DNA from: an uncultured Candidatus Saccharibacteria bacterium
Lineage (GTDB): Bacteria; Patescibacteriota; Minisyncoccia; Phycocordibacterales; PALSA-1337
Reading direction: 5' to 3'
Assembly (NCBI GenBank): GCA_964529025.1
Contig: CAZGUZ010000001.1
Span: 70,163-134,162, forward strand
Length of the DNA stretch: 64,000 nt
The position numbers and the translations under genes are program-made. This document shows positions 28,834-38,098 of this stretch, piece after piece. Position 1 is the stretch's first letter, and the number at the start of each line of letters is the position of its first letter. The notes under the pieces are model-generated. The model did no database searches and was not told the origin of the DNA. It saw nothing but the letters and a program-made list of their open reading frames with translations.

Positions 28834-29484
28834 CTATTTCTTTTGTATCACACAAGCCCAACCAATTGCATGCTTACGATTTGCAGTTGAAGTATTTATA
28901 GAATCGAGCTTAAGAGCTAGTTTACCGGCAATAAGAGCAAACTTACCAAATACCCTTCCTAAAATCTTTCGCTGGTGCAAGTGCAGCGAATCCATACAGT
29001 ATCGTATAAAAATCTGTGAGATTACACAAAAGAAGCCTCCACGTTGATTCATTTCTACAATAGAAAAACCGGCATCTTCGAAAATGCGTTTGAGGCCAAA
29101 CGATGTATATCTAAAGTAATCATGGGGCTCTTCATGAAGCTCATTCATTTGTGGGACTGTAACAAGAGCATAGCCACCTTTTTTAAGGACTCTTGCCATT
29201 TCTTGTGCCCCCAAATCGGGATAACGAATATGTTCAAACACTTGCGTACACACAATTGAATCAACAGAATTTGCTTCGAGTGGAATCTTATCAACGCTAC
29301 CAACCAAATCAACTGTATCTGCATGTGCCACATCCATGCGAATCATCTTTTGAACATTAAATAGCTTTCCGTATCTATTATAATGACCAGCACCAACATC
29401 AAGACAAGTACCTTTTACATAATGAGAAAACTTTTGTACTTGTTCAAGTAAAATATGTCGATCTGGTTGAAAAATGTATGTCAT
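28834..29484 (-). CDS. Class I SAM-dependent methyltransferase (Methyltransf_11-like)
   Basis: 216 aa with motif I CLDVGAGHYNRYG and an acidic motif II. Confidence 0.75.
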   Translation of the reverse strand: MTYIFQPDRHILLEQVQKFSHYVKGTCLDVGAGHYNRYGKLFNVQKMIRMDVAHADTVDLVGSVDKIPLEANSVDSIVCTQVFEHIRYPDLGAQEMARVLKKGGYALVTVPQMNELHEEPHDYFRYTSFGLKRIFEDAGFSIVEMNQRGGFFCVISQIFIRYCMDSLHLHQRKILGRVFGKFALIAGKLALKLDSINTSTANRKHAIGWACVIQKK

Positions 29485-29487
29485 AAA

Positions 29488-30141
29488 TTATTTCTTTCGA
29501 GCAACTATATACACATTTGCATAGATATCTGAATCCCCGACGCAAAGATCAAGTTTGCGGGCAAGCTTCTGGACAAGACTAATAAAACGCTCAAACTTTT
29601 TATGGAGTTTTGGGTTTTTATAATGGTTAAAAAAATAAAAGTGTGCAAATTCTGATAGTGTAGAGAATACCCGGCCATATTGCTTACATTCAATAACTTC
29701 AAATCCCTCATTCAAAAACAAAGATGATAGACCTGTTACCGTATATCGAAAGTAATCATGGGGATCTGCATGGTACGGTATCAAAAAAGGAGCCGAGAGA
29801 ATACAGGTTCCACCTTGGACTAAAACTCGTCTAATTTGTTGAACCATCACCCATGGTTTTTCAACATGCTCTAGAACCTGTGTCGAAACTACAGTATCAA
29901 AAGAGTCTTCCGGGATCGGTAAGTTTAATATATCACCCACAATATCAATATGGGGTCCTGGCACCATATCAAATGTAGTATAGGTACTAGCTTTAGGCAT
30001 AATTAAAGAGCGATACTTGGCTGAACCTGCTCCCAAATCAAGAGTTCTACCGTGCACATACTTCAATGTGTAATTAACGACATCGCGGGTTGTCTGTAGA
30101 TAGTTGTTCATATTATTTAATGAGTTCGTCAATAGCAGCAA
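29488..30141 (-). CDS. Class I SAM-dependent methyltransferase (Methyltransf_11-like), paralog of the preceding gene
   Basis: 217 aa with TLDLGAGSAKY motif I. Clearly paralogous to 28834..29484: shared ...DxV.STQV.EH... and ...DYFRYT..GL... blocks. Confidence 0.75.
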   Translation of the reverse strand: MLLLTNSLNNMNNYLQTTRDVVNYTLKYVHGRTLDLGAGSAKYRSLIMPKASTYTTFDMVPGPHIDIVGDILNLPIPEDSFDTVVSTQVLEHVEKPWVMVQQIRRVLVQGGTCILSAPFLIPYHADPHDYFRYTVTGLSSLFLNEGFEVIECKQYGRVFSTLSEFAHFYFFNHYKNPKLHKKFERFISLVQKLARKLDLCVGDSDIYANVYIVARKK

Positions 30142-31231
30142 GTACCATTTCTACGGTAATTTCTTCAATTTGGCGACGAGCTTCAGCAACATTATACACC
30201 CTTGAATTCATAATATGAATCTCGGGCTTTTTTCTATCACGTAAATACACCAATCGAGCATTTGGTCCTTGTGGGGGCTGTTCTTTTTCTGATACGGGAC
30301 CAATAATATCAACGAGAGGAATGTTTAAAGCTTCGGCAATGTATATTGGGCCTGTATCGACACCAACAAATAAATCGAGTCTTGATATACATGCTTTAAG
30401 CTCATCAATAGAAACATCCGATACACTTATAATTCTTTCAAGTTCTTGGGCAGAAAAATAATTTCTAAAGTCTTGAATAATATCTTTTTCTTTTGCTCCG
30501 CCAAATATGTATACAATATCTGTAGTATTTCGCTTGAGCAATTCCCTTGTAAGCTCAACAAACTTTTTAATTGGCCATTGCTTAATATCGTTTCCTGCAC
30601 CAAGAGCTAGGCCAATTGCTTTGCCACCCAGTTTTTTTTGAATCAAATTGTGTGCAGTACCCTCGGCTTGCTTTGAGTAATATATATGTTTCTGTATATC
30701 AATACTCTCTACTCCTAATGGCTTCAATAAGTTGAGGTATTGCTGTGGAGCATATTCATTCATTGCAAAAGGAATTTTTATTACTCTTTGCAAAAGAAAA
30801 CGGTAACCTAAAGTCATATACGGAGAGTAGCCCCCAACAACTTGAGGAGCAACAATAAGACTCGCTCGTGAAAATAGAGCAACTATGAGAGATTTGAAAT
30901 TAGGAGTTGTAATACAGATAATCTGCGGGCGCTCTTTTTTAAGAAATTTAATTTGTTCAATAATCTCTGATCGTACGACAATGTATTCGTGTACGTATGG
31001 ATGATATTCGAGTACTTCTTTGTTAATTGAACTACCGGCAACAATACACTTAAACTTATGACTTGATTGGGCCAACGCTTGAATCATAGGGGTTATACAG
31101 ATAGTATCGCCAAGCTTACCTGTATGAAAAATTAGAACTTTCGCCTCATCGAGTGCTTTATTAGAACGGGTATATGTAAGCGAGTACACATAGGCCGCGC
31201 AACACAAAATAAGATTGTATAGTCGATGCAT
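30113..31231 (-). CDS. GT9-family glycosyltransferase (heptosyltransferase-like)
   Basis: 372 aa. C-terminal GT9 signature ...LFVGVDTGPIYIAEALNIPLVDIIGP.... The N-terminal domain has a GKLGDTICITPMI donor-binding loop. Confidence 0.7.
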   Translation of the reverse strand: MHRLYNLILCCAAYVYSLTYTRSNKALDEAKVLIFHTGKLGDTICITPMIQALAQSSHKFKCIVAGSSINKEVLEYHPYVHEYIVVRSEIIEQIKFLKKERPQIICITTPNFKSLIVALFSRASLIVAPQVVGGYSPYMTLGYRFLLQRVIKIPFAMNEYAPQQYLNLLKPLGVESIDIQKHIYYSKQAEGTAHNLIQKKLGGKAIGLALGAGNDIKQWPIKKFVELTRELLKRNTTDIVYIFGGAKEKDIIQDFRNYFSAQELERIISVSDVSIDELKACISRLDLFVGVDTGPIYIAEALNIPLVDIIGPVSEKEQPPQGPNARLVYLRDRKKPEIHIMNSRVYNVAEARRQIEEITVEMVLAAIDELIK

Positions 31232-31272
31232 AAGTAAATTAAGTATACGCTACCCCTAAGGCAAAACAAGTC

Positions 31273-33609
31273 TTACCAAGCAGGAAAACTTATTTCAATT
31301 GTATGCACACCCTGCTTCAAAGGTAACCCCATAAAGATATCCATGACTAATTCCGGTTTAACATTTTGGCCATCGAGTGTAACTACATAATCAGCAAGAA
31401 ATGCATTGCCTATAACTAAATAACCATCTTTTGTATTTTGAACATTTAAGACAGTCTTTCTTTCCTCATACTGCGGTTTAATTTGAGCGATAACCGGCAA
31501 CAAATCGTAACTTTGTGGCTTTGCTGTGGTCACATAGTATCGGGGCATATAATCACTCAACTCATACAAATACACCTTAGTCCCACACGAACCAACCTGC
31601 CGCTCTGATACAAGTTTAAAATCCTCATGAATAATTGGGTAGCCTGAAACTACATAACGAATGTTGAGGAATTTATAAATTAATCTATTTTTAATAACAC
31701 CCTCAATTTTTTCTTGCACAGAACCTGAAGCTCGCACCACAGAATCACTGTGAAGTGTTTGTTCGGTTGCGAGCTGTGACAGTATCTTTGAGACCCTCTC
31801 GGGCATAAAGTTATCATAGCCATCGACGGCATCGATTCCATAAAGTAATGAAAGATTGGGCTGAAGGAACTCTTTTTGGTATAGCCACACCTCTTCGACT
31901 GAACTTACGCCACAACGAGACAAGACCTCATTATAAATAGTTGTCGCCGGCAATATTGATATGTATCGATATGGCATAGCTCCTTCGCCCTTCTTCATCA
32001 ATGAAACCGTTTCGGGCTCACTTTCTACCTGCTCGCGCTCAATAAATTCATAATGTCCAATATACACACCAGCAAAATTGATCATGACAACTCCGACAAT
32101 CAAATAGCCTACGTAATTTTTTGCATACTTGAGCACCCAGATAGAACCCCATACTGCGACAATGCTCATCAAGACAAAAAATACTACATGATAATCAGTG
32201 AAAGTTAGTTTCCAAAGATCTTCCATGTACATATCAAGTACATAAACATAGTGTTCGTACGGCAAAACGTAGTTACCTAAAAGCAAGGACCGCTCAATCT
32301 TTTGGAGAGCAAAAGAGCGTATATTATCAGAGAAACCAGCGAGCACAATAGTTGCAAGAGAAATTAGAGGCAAAATACAAAATATAAAAATACGGCGGTA
32401 CCACTGAATTACCTTGTCAAAAACACTAATTGATTCTTCATTGTCATCAATAATTTGATTAATAATATATGCGATCAAACAAGCACCTGCAAACCAGCCA
32501 ATAAACATTAATCGTGGTGCCTCTCTAAAACTATCCCACAGCGGTATTTGATGTGTTAACCAAGCAAGTGGTGAATATTTAATTCCGTGAAGTATACAAA
32601 AAATAAAAACTACGTACCAAAACCTGAAATAAAAATTTTGTATCTTTTTCCACGATACCAGAGCTGTGCATAGTAAAAGAAGGCTGAGAATACCGATGTA
32701 TAGATTAGGATTACTTAGCTCAAAGTGAGGGATCTTAATAAAAGGTAGGAAGAAACGTACCGCATCTTGAAACTGATAAGCTCCGGCATAAACTGAATCT
32801 AGACCAACCCCTTCTGCCCTCATGGTCTCAGGCCTGAACGACATGATTGCTGCTATCTGTGGCAACCCATAAAGAAACGACACTAAATAGGCACCAAAAA
32901 GTCCCACACCTTCTTTTGTAAGCAAAATAAGCTTTTGCTTTGTAGTAGTGGTACTGTGGCTGGGGACAAACCAACTTCGAGCACATACATATATGCCGAT
33001 AAAGGTGTGAATATATACAATGTACTGTACATGTCCTACTCTCCAGCCCAAGCCAAGAGCTAAGCCGATAGCAATCCATAAAATAAATTTATTAAACTTA
33101 TTTGTGATACTCGCAATGAGTTCATAAAGGAATAATACTAAAGGTAGAATTGGATAGTACATCACATTTGCGTGTGACTCGACCCACAGCATATTTTGAC
33201 CCGAGAAGACAGCAATTGTCGCACCGGCCACATACGCAAACGGTGAAGCAATAAACTTACGTATATATCCATAAGAAAAGACGTAGGTGAATACAAGTGA
33301 AACAACGATACTTAAAGAATAGAGCGTCATCGGCTCAGCGTACATACCGAGTAAGCGAATAGCAGGAAAAAACCATGTCCCCGTATTTGATGCCAATAGT
33401 GGAAAACCTAAAAGTATTCCCTGAGAAATAACCGGACCACCTCGCATTGCATGAAAAAAGTATTCATAGAATGAAAAGATCACATCGCCATTAGAAATAA
33501 ACTTATTACCAAAAATGATTGGGAAAAATATGGCAACAATGAGTACCATCGGCACGATCGACATTATGTAGAAATTAATTTTTTTCATGTTTTTTAGTGT
33601 AGTTATCAA
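31273..33609 (-). CDS. YfhO-like large polytopic membrane protein (putative lipid-linked glycan transferase)
   Basis: 778 aa. More than 12 TM helices in the N-terminal two thirds, followed by an about 250-aa extracytoplasmic C-terminal domain. Size and topology fit the YfhO family. Confidence 0.5.
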   Translation of the reverse strand: MITTLKNMKKINFYIMSIVPMVLIVAIFFPIIFGNKFISNGDVIFSFYEYFFHAMRGGPVISQGILLGFPLLASNTGTWFFPAIRLLGMYAEPMTLYSLSIVVSLVFTYVFSYGYIRKFIASPFAYVAGATIAVFSGQNMLWVESHANVMYYPILPLVLFLYELIASITNKFNKFILWIAIGLALGLGWRVGHVQYIVYIHTFIGIYVCARSWFVPSHSTTTTKQKLILLTKEGVGLFGAYLVSFLYGLPQIAAIMSFRPETMRAEGVGLDSVYAGAYQFQDAVRFFLPFIKIPHFELSNPNLYIGILSLLLLCTALVSWKKIQNFYFRFWYVVFIFCILHGIKYSPLAWLTHQIPLWDSFREAPRLMFIGWFAGACLIAYIINQIIDDNEESISVFDKVIQWYRRIFIFCILPLISLATIVLAGFSDNIRSFALQKIERSLLLGNYVLPYEHYVYVLDMYMEDLWKLTFTDYHVVFFVLMSIVAVWGSIWVLKYAKNYVGYLIVGVVMINFAGVYIGHYEFIEREQVESEPETVSLMKKGEGAMPYRYISILPATTIYNEVLSRCGVSSVEEVWLYQKEFLQPNLSLLYGIDAVDGYDNFMPERVSKILSQLATEQTLHSDSVVRASGSVQEKIEGVIKNRLIYKFLNIRYVVSGYPIIHEDFKLVSERQVGSCGTKVYLYELSDYMPRYYVTTAKPQSYDLLPVIAQIKPQYEERKTVLNVQNTKDGYLVIGNAFLADYVVTLDGQNVKPELVMDIFMGLPLKQGVHTIEISFPAW

Positions 33610-35506
33610 ACCAAAGTTGAAAAGCTAATAGATTCCAAAGTTTTTTTCTATGGTCATAGACATGATCCTGGTGCTCAGAAACAATCTTTTCAACATAGCC
33701 AGGGTTAAAAAGACCCTGCTTTTCAAGATACTTACGCGAAAGATATTTATCTACAAGGAATTTCATATCTCCATTAAGCCATTCGGCAACAGGCATACCA
33801 AATCCTTTTTTCTTTCGGTAGATTATGTCATGGGGAAGCTTCCCTTCCATTGTCTTTTTAAAAGACCATTTAAGTGTTAAAAACCTTCTTTTATTTTTAA
33901 AAGGTAAAGAGAATGCGTACTCAATAATTGAAGTATCGAGGATTGGAGATCGAGCCTCCAAAGAAGTCATCATCGTTGCACGATCAACTTTTACCAAAAC
34001 CCCATCAAGCAAATATGTACTCATATATGAGTACAGCAAAGCATTGAGCTTGAGCGCATAAGAAAAGGTTCGTGAACCAGAATTTTTTATAAATTCAGTA
34101 AAATACTTTTCATTACTATGATATACGTCTTTTGCTAAATCTTGGACATTAAAAGTGACCAAAGAAGAAATCTCTCGCTGAGAGAAACTGGCTAAATAAC
34201 GAGCGTGTCGTTCTGACATACTATTTACACAACCATCTAAGAACTTCTGGACTTTAAAAACAAAACTAAAGTTAGTATGAGATACTGGCAATAGTAGAGT
34301 GGATTTTCGCAGAGCACTGCCTAAAATTTTTATTACAACTTGAGGCAACCAAGATAGGCCGTACATATAAAAAGATTCAGCAAAAAAGGTTGGATAGCCT
34401 GCGAATAGCTCATCGCCACCGTCTCCACCGAGAGCTACCGTAACGTGTTTTCGTGCAAATTCAGAAACAAGATATGTTGGCACAATTGAAGCATCGCCGA
34501 GAGGCTCATCGAGCTTACTAAATATTGGCTTTAGAGCAGAAAGACAATCTTGAGTCGTCACCACCTGATGATAATGTTCGGTTCCAAGAAACTTTGCAAC
34601 TTTATATGCATAAGGTGATTCATCAAAACTTTTCTCATTAAAGCCAATTGAGAATGTCTTGATTTTTTTTGGAGCATATTGCTCTGCGGCGTAATATGCA
34701 ACTGCTGAACTGTCGAGCCCACCACTCAAAAATATTCCAATAGGAACATCGGCAATTAATCGCCTCTTTACTGCACCTTGAAGTAATTTATCGAGTTCTT
34801 GCTTATTAAATCTCTTTTCTTCTTGAATACTTAAGTTCCAATATTGCCGCTTTATTTGTGAGAAGTCTTTGAGAGATACTGTAACGTATGTAGCTGGTTC
34901 AAGCTTGTATACATTCTCAAAAATAGTTGCAGGTGTTGGAACATAATCGTGTACAAGATACTCAACAAGAGACTTTTGTGAAATCTTCGGCTTATTTTGC
35001 TTCCATAAAGGATGCGCCTGCAAAGCCGAAAGCTCTGAAGCAAATGCAAAGTTTTGATTATCAAATTGCGTCCAGTACAAAGGCTTTTTACCAGCTCTGT
35101 CGCGAGCCAAAATTAAAACATTTCGCTTTATATCGACAATACCGATTGCAAACATTCCATGAATAAATGAAAATACTTTTTCTCCATATTTATCATACAG
35201 AGCCAAAATAACTTCGGTGTCCGAATGACCTCGGAAAGCGTAACCATCTTGCATTAATTCATTACGGAGCTCTTTAAAATTGTATATTTCACCATTAAAT
35301 ACAAGAATTACCGAAGAATCAGTATTGGTCATAGGTTGGCTACCAGCCTCACTCAAATCCACAATGCTTAATCGTGCATGAGCAAGGCCAAAGTTCTGAC
35401 CCTCAAATACACCCTGCGCATCAGGGCCTCTATGCCGCAAAGCATGTGCCATTTTTTGCAAGTCGTTTGAACTACCTTTGCCTATGTATCCAGCAATGCC
35501 GCACAT
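33575..35506 (-). CDS. asnB: Asparagine synthetase B-type glutamine amidotransferase
   Basis: 643 aa. The N-terminal MCGIAGYIG class-II GATase nucleophile, PP-loop SGGLDSS and a C-terminal AsnB domain are present. Confidence 0.85.
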   Translation of the reverse strand: MCGIAGYIGKGSSNDLQKMAHALRHRGPDAQGVFEGQNFGLAHARLSIVDLSEAGSQPMTNTDSSVILVFNGEIYNFKELRNELMQDGYAFRGHSDTEVILALYDKYGEKVFSFIHGMFAIGIVDIKRNVLILARDRAGKKPLYWTQFDNQNFAFASELSALQAHPLWKQNKPKISQKSLVEYLVHDYVPTPATIFENVYKLEPATYVTVSLKDFSQIKRQYWNLSIQEEKRFNKQELDKLLQGAVKRRLIADVPIGIFLSGGLDSSAVAYYAAEQYAPKKIKTFSIGFNEKSFDESPYAYKVAKFLGTEHYHQVVTTQDCLSALKPIFSKLDEPLGDASIVPTYLVSEFARKHVTVALGGDGGDELFAGYPTFFAESFYMYGLSWLPQVVIKILGSALRKSTLLLPVSHTNFSFVFKVQKFLDGCVNSMSERHARYLASFSQREISSLVTFNVQDLAKDVYHSNEKYFTEFIKNSGSRTFSYALKLNALLYSYMSTYLLDGVLVKVDRATMMTSLEARSPILDTSIIEYAFSLPFKNKRRFLTLKWSFKKTMEGKLPHDIIYRKKKGFGMPVAEWLNGDMKFLVDKYLSRKYLEKQGLFNPGYVEKIVSEHQDHVYDHRKKLWNLLAFQLWFDNYTKKHEKN

Positions 35507-35507
35507 A

Positions 35508-36452
35508 CTAGAAATTATGCATACTCTTTATCGAGTATGGCTTTTTATCTTGCGACTCATAGTAGGTTCGCATAAGCATTTCTGCAATTACACCCATTGT
35601 TATAAGCTGCACGCCAACAATGATACCGAGGGCTCCGAATATGGGTAGTGGAGTGTCTACAAAACTTCGCACATCGAGAATTTTTAAAATGAAAGCTAAT
35701 ACAAGTGCAATAGCACCAAGAATTCCTGAAAAGAAACCTATTCCTCCAAAGAAGTGCATAGGGCGATTCATGTATCGAGCCATGAATTTAATCACGACAA
35801 GATCAAGAAGAACTCGGAAAGTGCGCGTAATTCCATACTTACTCTGACCAAAACGCCTTTGCCTAAAATTAACAGGAACCTCCGTTACTCGAGCACCGTT
35901 CCACGAAGCATAAGCAGGAATAAAGCGATGCATTTCGCCGTACAAACGAACATCTTGTATAACAGATCTTCGATAAGCTTTGAGAATACAGCCGTAGTCA
36001 TGTAAATGGACACGAGTAATATATGAAATTATTTTATTTGCAGTAAGAGAAGGTAATTTTCTTGTTATGAATGAACCCGCCCATCTACCTTGCCTCCAAC
36101 CAGAGACCACATCGTAACCGGAGTCAAGCACCTTAATAATGCGAGCAATATCCGCAGGATCATTTTCAAGGTCACTATCAATAGTAACAAATACATCGCC
36201 TGTTGCATTTTCAATACCTGCAGTTATTGCTGCGCTTTGACCTCTGTTTGCTCTAAAGTTAATAACCTTAAGCTGGGGGTACTTTTTTGCTTGTTCTTCA
36301 AGAACACTCTCTGTCGAATCTTTAGAACCATCATTAACAGCAATAATTTCAAAATCTCCAATTAGTGATAGCTCCTTTGTTAATTCTTCAAACAAAAAAG
36401 GCAGGCTTTCAGCTTCATTATAAATTGGAGTGACAACGGAAAGCTTTTTCAT
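35508..36452 (-). CDS. GT2-family polyprenyl-phosphate glycosyltransferase (GtrB/ArnC/DPM1-like) with two C-terminal TM helices
   Basis: 314 aa. The GT-A core is ...SVVTPIYNEAESL...VNDGSKDST...DSDL.... C-terminal hydrophobic helices are typical of the GtrB/ArnC lipid-carrier-loading enzymes. Confidence 0.75.
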   Translation of the reverse strand: MKKLSVVTPIYNEAESLPFLFEELTKELSLIGDFEIIAVNDGSKDSTESVLEEQAKKYPQLKVINFRANRGQSAAITAGIENATGDVFVTIDSDLENDPADIARIIKVLDSGYDVVSGWRQGRWAGSFITRKLPSLTANKIISYITRVHLHDYGCILKAYRRSVIQDVRLYGEMHRFIPAYASWNGARVTEVPVNFRQRRFGQSKYGITRTFRVLLDLVVIKFMARYMNRPMHFFGGIGFFSGILGAIALVLAFILKILDVRSFVDTPLPIFGALGIIVGVQLITMGVIAEMLMRTYYESQDKKPYSIKSMHNF

Positions 36453-38098
36453 TATTTACGAATACTATATATGTTTTTACCCAAACGCTCAAGGCCCCAA
36501 AAGCTCGATGAAAAGTAGCTACCAATATCCTCAAGCTCCATGCCGCCACCAATAGAAAATGGTATTCCCTCCCTTTGTGTATTGAGTACGAATACTTGAC
36601 CACCAGCCGTGGCACCCTTTTGTAGTACATTTTCACTGCCCACTAAATATCCCTCAATAAAAAGGCCTTTAAAATCATGGTGTTTATTTAACCTTAGCCT
36701 ATCAGAATTTTGATCGAGTACAATCTTGCACCTTGTACCACAAATGTAGTTTACATTGAGCTTATTAAGCGCATATGAACTAGTGCTTTGTCGCACCGAA
36801 AGCAAAGGGCTTACATTATTAACAACAACTGTATTATTATCTTGATACAAACTCACGACCTTATGTGAAGCAACATTATAAGTTGTTGGTACACTCAATA
36901 GCCAAGCACTTCTGAACATGAAAATTATTGAAATCAGACAAAGAACAGTGTTCATTATGGTAAAGACTCGCACATACTTCTCTGCTATTACGTATATACC
37001 CAAAGTGATCCCCAACAATAAACACACTGGTATCATATAACGCAAATAAGCCTCAGGGCTTGTTGACCAACGCGCAATCACCACGATTGCACCGAAATAC
37101 GCCACGCAACTTATAAGTACCAGTTGCCAGAACGATTTTATACCCTCATTGATACCAAGAATCGCTTGCTTCTTTGTGCGAAAGAATAAAGCTAAGCCAT
37201 GAGCAAGAATAATAATAGGGGCAACAAGAAATAGCTTTATAGAATTCGCACTAAAAGACTCACTTATTGTTAAGTTTGTTGCTTTTGCAGTATCCGAAAG
37301 TGTATAGTCAAAAACAATACTCTTGAGCTGAGCAGCTACACCATTCCAGTTGAGTAAAATGATACCGATAGTAACTAATCCGGAAACCGTAACAAGCTTA
37401 AAAAAACCCTGCCAACTCATATTGATCTTTTTTGCATGTATCAAATATACTGACCAGCAAATCATAGTCACCAAAAACACTCCAGCGAGCGGAAAGTTCG
37501 CAGTAGCCATAGCAGAGAAAATAAATGCTGCGTACAAAAAATTTTTCCTACTCTTATCTTGAGTGAGAGCAATTAGGTAATAACGCAAAGAACCAACAAT
37601 GAGCGCGCAAGTTACCACCCAGACTTTACTTGTGTGGAAAATTGTAAAAACGACAAGATTACTCATTGTAAGCACCATAATAACTATACGCCGCCACGTG
37701 GTAGAGCCTGTAACAATTAGAATATCTCTCGTCCACAACATTATCAACACAACTGATGCCACACTAATCAATCGAGCAATGAGATAGACCAACCAAGTGG
37801 AATCTATAAAAAAGAATTTAGTTGCATTAATATCTAAGTTATTCAACAGACCAACAAAGATAACGACTGGTACTATAAAGACATAGTTGAGAAAATAGGT
37901 AACCGTTCCATAGAGAACATCTGTCCCTTGAGGTAATAGGCTCCATGCAGATAATGCTCTTAAAACCGAACCGGGGAACATTTCATCAAAGATAATAGAT
38001 GTCGAGGGAAATCCGTACCACACGCCAACAAGATAAAATATTGTCAGTAAACAAATTACAGCAAAGTCAGAGTTAATTCTCTTAAGGGTAGAGATCAT
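36452..38098 (-). CDS. GT-C-fold membrane glycosyltransferase (GT39/GT83 ArnT/PMT-like)
   Basis: 548 aa. About 11 TM helices with an FDEM motif in the first extracytoplasmic loop, and a C-terminal soluble domain. Translationally coupled to the GtrB-like GT2 (shared nucleotide at 36452). Confidence 0.5.
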   Translation of the reverse strand: MISTLKRINSDFAVICLLTIFYLVGVWYGFPSTSIIFDEMFPGSVLRALSAWSLLPQGTDVLYGTVTYFLNYVFIVPVVIFVGLLNNLDINATKFFFIDSTWLVYLIARLISVASVVLIMLWTRDILIVTGSTTWRRIVIMVLTMSNLVVFTIFHTSKVWVVTCALIVGSLRYYLIALTQDKSRKNFLYAAFIFSAMATANFPLAGVFLVTMICWSVYLIHAKKINMSWQGFFKLVTVSGLVTIGIILLNWNGVAAQLKSIVFDYTLSDTAKATNLTISESFSANSIKLFLVAPIIILAHGLALFFRTKKQAILGINEGIKSFWQLVLISCVAYFGAIVVIARWSTSPEAYLRYMIPVCLLLGITLGIYVIAEKYVRVFTIMNTVLCLISIIFMFRSAWLLSVPTTYNVASHKVVSLYQDNNTVVVNNVSPLLSVRQSTSSYALNKLNVNYICGTRCKIVLDQNSDRLRLNKHHDFKGLFIEGYLVGSENVLQKGATAGGQVFVLNTQREGIPFSIGGGMELEDIGSYFSSSFWGLERLGKNIYSIRK

